Shown piece after piece: positions 48,139 to 55,935 of a stretch of DNA of 64,000 nt (within the stretch, counting starts at the first letter, position 1; each line of letters begins with the position of its first letter). The stretch is taken from contig JAZLBQ010000004.1 in the NCBI GenBank assembly GCA_045613785.1, forward strand, positions 1 to 64,000, written 5' to 3'. The DNA is from Candidatus Enterousia sp. GTDB taxonomy: Bacteria > Pseudomonadota > Alphaproteobacteria > Rs-D84. The position numbers and the translations under genes were made by a program. The notes below the pieces were generated by a model that saw nothing but the letters and a program-made list of their open reading frames with translations, did no database searches and was not told the origin of the DNA.

Positions 48139-48226
48139 ACTTATTATACCTATGAATACAATTTATTATTGCGACGCTTACCCTCTGGAAAAATCTCTCA
48201 ATTGCGTCGGGGATAGAAAGAAAACT

Positions 48227-48301
48227 TGGCACTCCCAACGGGAATCGAACCCGTGTTACCAGAATGAGAATCTGATGTCCTAACCGCTAGACGATGGGAG
48301 C
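48227..48301 (-). tRNA. tRNA-Glu (anticodon CTC)
   Basis: GCTCCCA acceptor, TCAGA-TTCTCAT-TCTGG anticodon arm, GGTTCGATTCC T-arm, encoded CCA. Confidence 0.95.
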
Positions 48302-48392
48302 GTTGTGCACCTATGATATACCTAAAAAGCAGAATTTTCAAATGAAACTTTTCCTTGCACTAAAAAAAATAATAGCCTAGGATAAAAACACA

Positions 48393-49133
48393 ATGGCCAG
48401 CCCCTTACGCAGATTTTTTACAAACATTATATGTGGTTGCGTTTATAACAAGGATAAGCGTAAACGTTTACGTGTTGTTTTAAATTCTTCTATGATGGAT
48501 TGTCTGCGTTTTATTCACAAGAATACGGGCAATCGCCCACGTCGAATAAAAACATTTGTTGGTTATCAGGCACGCAGTCTTTTGATTAGCACAAACAATG
48601 AATATATTTTCAAGTTTCCACTTCGTCGTGCAGATTCTGATTATTTAACACGTCGTGAAAAGCGTCTGGTTGATGTTTTTCAAAAGATATCACCGATATA
48701 TATACCGCCTGTGGACGTTTATGAACACCGTAACCACCTGGTTCGTCGTTATCCGTTTATCAGCGGAGCGCAATTGCGGCAAATGCCATTAGAGGTTGCA
48801 CTGGAAAATATTGATATACTGGCAGAACAGATTGCAGAGTTTATTTTTGTTATTGGTTGCAGTGATCCAGAAACTGTTCGTGATTTAAAGCCGACGCCAG
48901 ACGCCAAGCCTGGTTATATGTATGGTTGGTCTCAGGGTGATATATGTGATAATTTTATAGTTGATATGAAAACGATGAAAATAATCGCTTTTATTGATTG
49001 GGAAGATTGTGTCTTTGGAGATTTTTCAAAAACGTTTACAAGTAATCGTCGTTCGCCACAGCGTGAATTGATGAGTGCTGTTCGTGAAAAATATGAAAAG
49101 TTGTATGCATCACAATATTCAAAAGTCAACTAA
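48393..49133 (+). CDS. APH/choline kinase-like phosphotransferase (variant catalytic loop)
   Basis: EYIFKFP, REKRL, SQGDICDNF and FIDWED. Confidence 0.65.
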   Translation: MASPLRRFFTNIICGCVYNKDKRKRLRVVLNSSMMDCLRFIHKNTGNRPRRIKTFVGYQARSLLISTNNEYIFKFPLRRADSDYLTRREKRLVDVFQKISPIYIPPVDVYEHRNHLVRRYPFISGAQLRQMPLEVALENIDILAEQIAEFIFVIGCSDPETVRDLKPTPDAKPGYMYGWSQGDICDNFIVDMKTMKIIAFIDWEDCVFGDFSKTFTSNRRSPQRELMSAVREKYEKLYASQYSKVN

Positions 49134-49145
49134 TGAACGAAATCG

Positions 49146-49174
49146 AAAAAAAAACCGCCAATCGGCGGATTTTT
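49146..49174. terminator. Bidirectional terminator
   Basis: A9-CCGCC-AATC-GGCGG-ATTTTT. Confidence 0.85.
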
Positions 49175-49175
49175 A

Positions 49176-50378
49176 TTATTTCGTATGTGCACGCATTTGA
49201 CGTAATTGTTTCAAGTTTTTTGCGTGTGCAGCCTTCATCGACTTAGATGCTTGGTCGTATTTGCTGTGGCTAGACAGTTTTTGTTTTGCAGCCATACGTT
49301 TTTGCAGACCGACACCATTAACGCCAATTTCTTCGATGTATTTTGCAAATGCTTGTTGTTGTGCATCGTTTAATTTTTGTTCGCTGTTCAGTGCGTCCAA
49401 GATAATGCTTTTGCCTTCGTAAATACGGCTCATAGTCATTGCATGTGCAACACGTTCGACAGACATACCGTCTGGGATTTGGAATACGCCACGTTCGACT
49501 TGTTTACGAACCTTGTTATACAACTTATCACGTGCATTTTGTCCAATCAAAATATTTAAAGAACTGTTGCAGCACGCATTGATGCGAGCGATTTCAGCCA
49601 TCTGTTCAGTTGTTGGTGTTGGTTTCAGTTTTTGTTCGGCCTTATGTGTAAGCACAGGTTTTGAAGGTGTGGTTGCAGGCTGTGAACCACGCACAACTTT
49701 CCAGCCGTCATTATTTGCACTCACTGGTTGAATTTTCAGTGCGTTGTTATTTGTTGTTTTTATGACTTTCTGTGTCTTTTGTTTTGTCTGGTTGTCATGA
49801 TTTTCTGTTTTCAGGCTTGAACAAGTGTCCAAAGACAATGCTGTTGCAATAGTTGCTGCCAAAATCACAATTGATGATGTTGCTACTGCAACTTGGGTTA
49901 TTCTTTCACGACGAAATGTATCTGTGGCCAATGGCTTTTTTTGTTCTGTCTGGGCAGGGTTGTTTTGTGGCTTGGCTTCTTCTTTCTTTTTGCCCCAGCC
50001 AAAAAATCCTTTGATTTTATTGGTTGTTCGTTCCCACAGTGAAGTATTGGTCTTGTCTTGTAATTTTATTGCATCTGGTTTCATGCCACGCATTATACAC
50101 AGATTTCTCATTGCGGCATGTGCGGCTTCTGTATAAATGCCTTGTTCGTTTTTTCCGCATTTGATAATCAAATCTTGCACCAGATTTACGATTTCTGGAT
50201 CGTTCACATTAAATTCTACATCATTGTTTGCAATGCAGCCAATAACACTGGTTGTCAACAGGGTGTTGGTGTCGTAATAGCCATTGCTTAGCCCTCTTTT
50301 TTCTAAAACTGTTTCCTTGATATAGTATTCCAAACAGTCTTTTGAAATCCAAAAAACCGCATATCTAAAATCGTTCAT
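49176..50378 (-). CDS. Hypothetical protein with central TM helix (own start inside the 673-aa ORF)
   Basis: In-frame ATG 50378 with RBS AAGGG and TTGACT-17-TATCAT promoter. Confidence 0.7.
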   Translation of the reverse strand: MNDFRYAVFWISKDCLEYYIKETVLEKRGLSNGYYDTNTLLTTSVIGCIANNDVEFNVNDPEIVNLVQDLIIKCGKNEQGIYTEAAHAAMRNLCIMRGMKPDAIKLQDKTNTSLWERTTNKIKGFFGWGKKKEEAKPQNNPAQTEQKKPLATDTFRRERITQVAVATSSIVILAATIATALSLDTCSSLKTENHDNQTKQKTQKVIKTTNNNALKIQPVSANNDGWKVVRGSQPATTPSKPVLTHKAEQKLKPTPTTEQMAEIARINACCNSSLNILIGQNARDKLYNKVRKQVERGVFQIPDGMSVERVAHAMTMSRIYEGKSIILDALNSEQKLNDAQQQAFAKYIEEIGVNGVGLQKRMAAKQKLSSHSKYDQASKSMKAAHAKNLKQLRQMRAHTK

Positions 50379-51197
50379 ATTAAACCCTTGGTATTTTTTT
50401 AGTCGATTGACAATGATATATACAAAAAAAGGTGCAGTCAACAAATTTTGTAGGCTATCTATTTTTGAAACGTTGTGATTGTCTTCTTGCGCGTTCGCAT
50501 TTGTAGGTAGGCGACAAATGTTATCTGAAAAACTTGTGATAACAGTGTTTATTTTGTTTTTCTCGCAGGGGCTTTGACCATTGAATAAAATGTTTTCCGG
50601 TCGAAATACTACATAGGATATCGAGCCTGGGTCTTCTTCGTTGTTTACATAATGAAAGCCGTCAAATCCATAGTTCTCCCAATAATGTATCATTCGTTGA
50701 AAGCACAGATGGTATCGGTTGATTTCATCTGCACTGAACACAGCAGTTTTATGTGTGTTTATTGGATATAAATTATCAGACTTTAATTCGTTATGTACGC
50801 TTTTGATTTTCATTACAAAAGGCTCTTGAAATATTGTGTTATAAAATTTTGGTATGCCTTGGAATTTGAGTTCTTCGAATATGTGATATAAAAACATCAT
50901 CTTATAGTAATTTATATCGTGTTCTGCACAGTGGTCAATAATCTGGTAAGTCTGTTTCAGGTTTAATTTTACATTGATAATTTGTGGTTGTAAAACATAA
51001 CTGTTGTTAAAGTCAGTTTGTCCCAGTTTTTTGTATTGTCGCAAAGTGTCCAAACATTCATGCAAGGGTGTTGGGCCAAACCCAAGTATTTCTTCAGCTG
51101 CACGTTTAGTTCCAAAATGCGACAGGGGGTAAAATCGGTCAAATTTACGAAAAGTTCCGTGAAAAAAATCTGTGTCTTTGTGTAAAAACTCTACCAT
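50379..51197 (-). CDS. ADP-ribosyltransferase-like (ART-PolyVal-like) domain, read through in frame into the downstream gene
   Basis: FHGT..KFDRF....HFGT..AA and GFDG..Y.N.EED.GS.SYVVF.PENI. Confidence 0.55.
50413..50441 (-). promoter_or_regulatory. Sigma70 promoter embedded in the read-through ORF
   Basis: -35 TTGACT (50441-50436), 17 bp spacer, -10 TATCAT (50418-50413). Confidence 0.65.
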
Positions 51198-51255
51198 AAC
51201 GACACAATTATTTCAAAGTATTGCCCAAAGTCAAGTTGTGTCGTATAGCAAATTG

Positions 51256-51282
51256 AAAAACACCCCAAGACGGGGTGCTTTT
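51256..51282 (-). terminator. Intrinsic terminator
   Basis: Minus strand GCACCCCG-TCT-TGGGGTGT-TTTT. Confidence 0.85.
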
Positions 51283-51288
51283 GAAATT

Positions 51289-52341
51289 TGGTTGGGGTCG
51301 GCCAGCATAACGCGAACAAATTAGTCTCGTTCTTTTTGAGAGTTTAGTATTTTCGTATTTTGTTCATTGATGTCTTTTACAAAATTTTGCAGAGACATAT
51401 TGTATATACCATCGTTTGCTGAATTTTTTAATTTATTTGATATGTCGCATAAATATGCAATGTCCACATCTTCTATATTAATTTTTACATCTGATATTTT
51501 ATTATATTCATTAATTACCCTACGCGTTAAATTACGTGAAATAAAAGACAACTTATAAAAATCCAAAAAGCATTTTTGAACACATGTATCACCGAAATCA
51601 AAGATTCCAACTAATTCTTTTGTGTCTGGATTCAGCGCCATGTTTCTGCCGTGCATATCAAAATGGCATACAACGTCTGGGTAATTTGTATTTATCTGTG
51701 CGTGATTATATTTATTAAAAAGGGATTCTGGTAATTTGTTTTTTAATTCAGAAAATCCGTTCAAGCGCATTTGGCCTAATGTGAAAGCGACATTTGTTTT
51801 TGATGCTGGTATTTGCTCTGATTTTTTACATGTGTGTATGACAGACAAAAATACAGCTATTTTTTTTGCCAAATTTACCCTTTGGGGTTCCGTCAATTGT
51901 ACATATTGAGATGGTATTAATGTTTCACCGACCACAGCCTTGTGCCAAACAAATGGAAATGTTTCGTGTGGCACATGATGTGTTTCAGGAATATCTAACC
52001 CCGAATTTTTAGATAGGTTTTCAGACTTAAAAAAAGTAAGTTTTTGCATTTCAGCAAGCATGTCATTTAATTTGTTTTCTGTGTTTGGAAATCGTATCGC
52101 GTATTCTATATTGTCTTTACTAACACATTTTAGAGTCAGTGCTCCGCCACCTGCACAGTATGGTTCGATGTTTTTGGGTTCAAATGGAATTTTGCTTTGC
52201 TTATACGCATCAAACAAAATTTTTTTTGCGGCATCTAAATCGGGGCGTTGGATTGGCATCGTTGGACTCCTTTTCGCAGCTATTATACCATATATATAGT
52301 TCTTGCTGAATGAAAATCAATGCGTTGCTGGCCGACCGCAA
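51289..52341. repeat. Imperfect inverted repeat pair (51292-51313 / 52322-52341) flanking a kinase gene, plus a 9-bp copy of the tRNA-Gln 3' end (51289-51297)
   Basis: GGTCGGCCAGCA and TGCTGGCCGACC form a perfect 12-bp core; TGGTTGGGG also occurs at 52538-52546. Confidence 0.7.
51321..52259 (-). CDS. Aminoglycoside phosphotransferase (APH)-like kinase
   Basis: AGGGA loop, YAIRFP, Brenner motif HFDMHGRN, GIFDFGD; RBS AGGAG; extended -10 TGGTATAAT. Confidence 0.8.
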   Translation of the reverse strand: MPIQRPDLDAAKKILFDAYKQSKIPFEPKNIEPYCAGGGALTLKCVSKDNIEYAIRFPNTENKLNDMLAEMQKLTFFKSENLSKNSGLDIPETHHVPHETFPFVWHKAVVGETLIPSQYVQLTEPQRVNLAKKIAVFLSVIHTCKKSEQIPASKTNVAFTLGQMRLNGFSELKNKLPESLFNKYNHAQINTNYPDVVCHFDMHGRNMALNPDTKELVGIFDFGDTCVQKCFLDFYKLSFISRNLTRRVINEYNKISDVKINIEDVDIAYLCDISNKLKNSANDGIYNMSLQNFVKDINEQNTKILNSQKERD

Positions 52342-52505
52342 ACACTTTGAATAAAAAGACTAGTTAGAGCAGATTTTCATTAGTTTTATAAGATTGTTGT
52401 TAGTTCGAATGTTTTTAGCGATTTATAAGCGGTTCGAAAGTGTCAATGAAGAGATAATTTTTCATAAATAAACTTTCGAACTTGCCAAAGTCTTGTATCC
52501 CAAAC

Positions 52506-52529
52506 AAAAAATGCCCCAGCGGGCATTTT
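52506..52529 (-). terminator. Terminator after tRNA-Gln
   Basis: Minus strand AAAATGCCC-GCTG-GGGCATTTTTT. Confidence 0.85.
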
Positions 52530-52537
52530 AATAACTG

Positions 52538-52611
52538 TGGTTGGGGCGCACGGATTCGAACCATGATAAAGAGAACCAAAATCTCTTGTCCTACCATTAG
52601 ACGACACCCCA
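52538..52611 (-). tRNA. tRNA-Gln (anticodon TTG)
   Basis: TGGGGTG/CGCCCCA acceptor, AGAGA-TTTTGGT-TCTCT anticodon arm, GGTTCGAATCC, encoded CCA. Confidence 0.95.
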
Positions 52612-52658
52612 ATTTCGCAACTATTATAAATATTATTTATATTTTTGCAATAACAAAA

Positions 52659-53348
52659 TTATCGTTCTTTTGTTTTGAACTGTGTTCCAATCTTGGCTTG
52701 AATTTTGTCTTGTTCACGGTCGTATTCAATCTGTTGGCGTGTGCGAATATTGTGCTTTACCAGAAAATCGTCCTGATCAGCGATATAGCATGTCTGTCCT
52801 GTTTCGTTTAACGAAGCGATTTGTCGTCCACGCATAGTTGTAAAGAAATACGGGTCGTATCCCATTTCCCATGACAGGCGGATTCTATCTCCGTCCCACA
52901 GGCATGCGGCTACACCATCACGTGCAATGCGGCCGTTGGTATGGTTTTTTACAGCATTGACGATTTGTTTGACATCTGTTTTGCTAAGGTTCGGATAATT
53001 TTTTGCTAAAAATTTGCGAGCAATAGGCACAGCGTTTGGGCCATGTTCATTGCACCAGTCATCATTTGTTCTGGCACAATCGTGCAATCCTGCTGCTAAA
53101 ATCACAGGCAAAGGGTCTTGGCCGATTGTGTATGCAATATCGATACCAAACATTGCGACCTGAGCAGTGTGGCTTAGACCGTGGTATCCGTATCTTGACT
53201 GTGTTGTTATTTCTGCGATTTGTGGCAAGACGGTATCCCAAAACATTCTGATATAATATTCTTGTGGATGTTTTTGTGATGCGATCAGAACGGTTTTGTC
53301 GTCTGGATTTTTTTTGAAGAAATCAAATATACTTTTAAAGTTCATCAT
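52659..53348 (-). CDS. HD-domain phosphohydrolase
   Basis: HGLSH, AAGLHDCAR, HG, H and CLWDGDRIRL. Confidence 0.85.
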   Translation of the reverse strand: MMNFKSIFDFFKKNPDDKTVLIASQKHPQEYYIRMFWDTVLPQIAEITTQSRYGYHGLSHTAQVAMFGIDIAYTIGQDPLPVILAAGLHDCARTNDDWCNEHGPNAVPIARKFLAKNYPNLSKTDVKQIVNAVKNHTNGRIARDGVAACLWDGDRIRLSWEMGYDPYFFTTMRGRQIASLNETGQTCYIADQDDFLVKHNIRTRQQIEYDREQDKIQAKIGTQFKTKER

Positions 53349-53538
53349 TACTTACCTTGTGCTGGCTTAGCGTTGCATACAATCCAGCATTCGTCAAATA
53401 AAAAAGACAAAAAAACAAAGAGCTGAAAAAAAAATTTAAAAACACAGAAATTTTTTCTTGAAAAACAATTGTTAAAATATATAATGATTATGTTTTTTAA
53501 TAAAATCGATAACCAGCCCTATTATATAGGAGGAATAA

Positions 53539-53988
53539 ATGGCACGCAAGGAATTTGTTCGCCTGATGGAAGAAAATATTTGGACTCTGGACAAAATCGC
53601 AGAAAAATTGCGTCTTGACCGTGTGGACAGCACTGGCTATCCACGTCAAATGATGTCTATCTTGGTGCGGTTGCATAATGGTGGTCGTGCCAGACTAAAA
53701 GACATTGCACGTCGTGAACATGTGTCTGCACCAAATTTATGTGCTGCGTTTCGTAAATTGGAAGCAGATGGTTTAGTTCTTCGCACGATTGACGAAAACG
53801 ACCGCCGCAACACCTGGTATTGTGTGTCGCCATCTGGGGCAGAGTTAGCACGTGTTGCAATGGATTTGTTCCGTGATGGTATCGAGCGTATTTTTGCCAG
53901 TGTTTCTCGTGAAGACGAAAAACGTCTGACTGATGCATTACGCACAATGCGTGAAGTTTTGAAAAAGGTGGAGTTGACAAATGACTAA
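53539..53988 (+). CDS. MarR family transcriptional regulator
   Basis: wHTH with LEADGLVLR..DENDRR; RBS AGGAGG; palindrome AACAATTGTT (53464-53473) in its promoter. Confidence 0.9.
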   Translation: MARKEFVRLMEENIWTLDKIAEKLRLDRVDSTGYPRQMMSILVRLHNGGRARLKDIARREHVSAPNLCAAFRKLEADGLVLRTIDENDRRNTWYCVSPSGAELARVAMDLFRDGIERIFASVSREDEKRLTDALRTMREVLKKVELTND

Positions 53989-55312
53989 AACAACATTGAC
54001 ATCGTTATTCGTGGCTGTTTGTGCTGGTATTATTGTTTCGCCAGCATATTCTTTGGATTTGTCATTGAATGATGCTGTTGAAAAGATTACAGCCCAATCG
54101 CATGATTTGAAAAAGGCAAACGCAAATCTGAAAAAGGCCGAAGCATCGCTTGATGCAGCCAACGCCAATCGTTGGTTTAAGCTAGATGCGTCTGCGTCGT
54201 ATATGAATATGGTGAACGTTGAAAATCCGTCAAAGTCTGTTGGGATTGAATTGCCACCAGAAATGGGCGGCTTGATTTCTGAATCGTTAAAAGACCAATC
54301 TGTTGTTATTGAAATTCCAGATAATATTTTCCAAGCAGGTTTAACTCTGACTCAGCCAATTTATACATTTGGCAAAATTGGCAATGCTGTTAAATCCGTA
54401 AAGTCTGCAATCAAGATGGCAGAATCATCACGTGAATTGACAGGGCGTGAAGTTCGTTATGCGGCTGCTGATTTGTATTGGACTGCCAAGATGACAGATG
54501 AAATGGTAAAGTTGTCTGAACAAGATTTGAACAACGCCCGCACAGCGAAACAGAAATTGACATCGGCAGGCCGTGCGAATCGCAGCAATTTATTGAAAAT
54601 CGAATCAGATATTCTGGCCAAAGAAGTTGAATTAGCGTCAACAAAATTCAATCGTGATACTGCACATCGTATGTTAAAGATTATGGCAGGGATTGATGTA
54701 GAAGAACCAATAACATTGACTGATAATTTTCCGAACAAATTCGAAGCACTAAACGCTGGTGAATTAAAGTCAACACCGCAATGGGAAATCTTGGACGAGC
54801 AGGTAAATATGTATGAACGTATGGCTCGTTCTCAGCGTGCGAACTCTTACCCAACGCTGGCGGCAACAGCGTCATATACATATTCGTCAATGTCGGGCGA
54901 TATTGGTCATTTGTTTGATAAAAAAGGTGGTCAATCAGCGTATTGGGGATTGGCGTTGCAAATGCCGATATTTACAGGCGGCTTAAATTCTGCTAATGCC
55001 ACGATAGAGGCAATGAATGCCGAAGCGGCTCGTCAAGACTTGGAACAGTCCAAGAAAATCACAACAGAACAATATAAAAATGCGATTGCACAGTATGATT
55101 TGTTGCGTGATAATCTGGCAAATTTGGTTCAGGCACGTGATTTAGCAGCCAAGACATACAGTTTGTCCCAGAATCGATTTGCGTCTGGTCAAACATCTGC
55201 GGTTGAATTGGCTGATGTTTCGGCTGGGTTGTATCAACTAGATATGTCGGTCTTGAAAATGAAGTATCAGATTTTAATGTCTGCGGAATCAGTAAAAAAG
55301 TTAGGTGAATAA
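53981..55312 (+). CDS. TolC family outer membrane efflux protein
   Basis: Signal peptide; LTLTQPIYTFG, YPTL, LQMPIFTGG and RF.SG..S..EL. Confidence 0.9.
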   Translation: MTKTTLTSLFVAVCAGIIVSPAYSLDLSLNDAVEKITAQSHDLKKANANLKKAEASLDAANANRWFKLDASASYMNMVNVENPSKSVGIELPPEMGGLISESLKDQSVVIEIPDNIFQAGLTLTQPIYTFGKIGNAVKSVKSAIKMAESSRELTGREVRYAAADLYWTAKMTDEMVKLSEQDLNNARTAKQKLTSAGRANRSNLLKIESDILAKEVELASTKFNRDTAHRMLKIMAGIDVEEPITLTDNFPNKFEALNAGELKSTPQWEILDEQVNMYERMARSQRANSYPTLAATASYTYSSMSGDIGHLFDKKGGQSAYWGLALQMPIFTGGLNSANATIEAMNAEAARQDLEQSKKITTEQYKNAIAQYDLLRDNLANLVQARDLAAKTYSLSQNRFASGQTSAVELADVSAGLYQLDMSVLKMKYQILMSAESVKKLGE

Positions 55313-55313
55313 A

Positions 55314-55913
55314 ATGGAAAAAATACAAAGAACGCTTGCGACAAAAATGTTCAAAAAAATAATGTATATATCGTTGATTGCGATATTGGTTGGCTGGGTA
55401 ATATTCAGATTTGCGGCTGTTGCGTCTGAAAATGCTCGTTATGTATTTAATACATCACGTCTTGCTGCTGATTCTGGTGTTCCTGTTATGGCGGTTGAAA
55501 TAAGCACGACCTCGGGTGTTTTGTATGAACCTCTGGCAGTTAAAAACAATCGTGCCTATGTTACAGGGGATCGGGTTGCCAAGCTAAAAGCTGGACAGAA
55601 AATAGGTAATGGTAAAATTATATCTGTTTCATCAAGTCTAGATTATGACACGGGTATGTTTGTTGTTCGCACATCTGGTGTTTCAGATGGCTTGCAGTTT
55701 GCGGAATATCAGGCCACAGGGCATTTTGTTCCACTGTATGCGATTTCAAACAATACAGTTATGATAGAAAAAAATGGTATTGCCCAGGCACGTTCTGTAA
55801 AAATTGCTCGTCAAGATTCTGAAAATGCGATGATTGCATCAGGTATTTCTGATGGAGATGTTGTGATATTGTCTGCGGTTGATGCTGGCACAAAAGTTCA
55901 AATAAAAAAATAA
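55314..55913 (+). CDS. Minimal RND periplasmic adaptor (MFP)-like protein
   Basis: N-terminal TM, LK.GQ, G.I..V....D..TG.F.V, VP..AI and SG+..GD.V+; only ~199 aa. Confidence 0.75.
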   Translation: MEKIQRTLATKMFKKIMYISLIAILVGWVIFRFAAVASENARYVFNTSRLAADSGVPVMAVEISTTSGVLYEPLAVKNNRAYVTGDRVAKLKAGQKIGNGKIISVSSSLDYDTGMFVVRTSGVSDGLQFAEYQATGHFVPLYAISNNTVMIEKNGIAQARSVKIARQDSENAMIASGISDGDVVILSAVDAGTKVQIKK

Positions 55914-55935
55914 TTTTTGACCAAGGGGGAAAGAT

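Noticed and set aside
51260-51268. ACACCCCAA also matches the tRNA-Gln 5' end (52604-52612), hinting at a permuted tRNA
   Set aside because: It is the stem of an ordinary terminator, and no D, anticodon or T arms are present.
51292-52341. Inverted repeats as retron a1/a2 arms or the P1 helix of RNase P RNA
   Set aside because: There is no reverse transcriptase and no RNase P P4 consensus; the enclosed DNA is a normal kinase gene and one repeat lies upstream of its promoter.
52415-52811. ORFs 52415..52612 and 52482..52811
   Set aside because: They overlap tRNA-Gln and its terminator.
53360-53389. TGCTGG...CCAGCA inverted repeat upstream of the HD gene, resembling the islet repeats
   Set aside because: Only 6-7 bp of similarity, which is compatible with chance.
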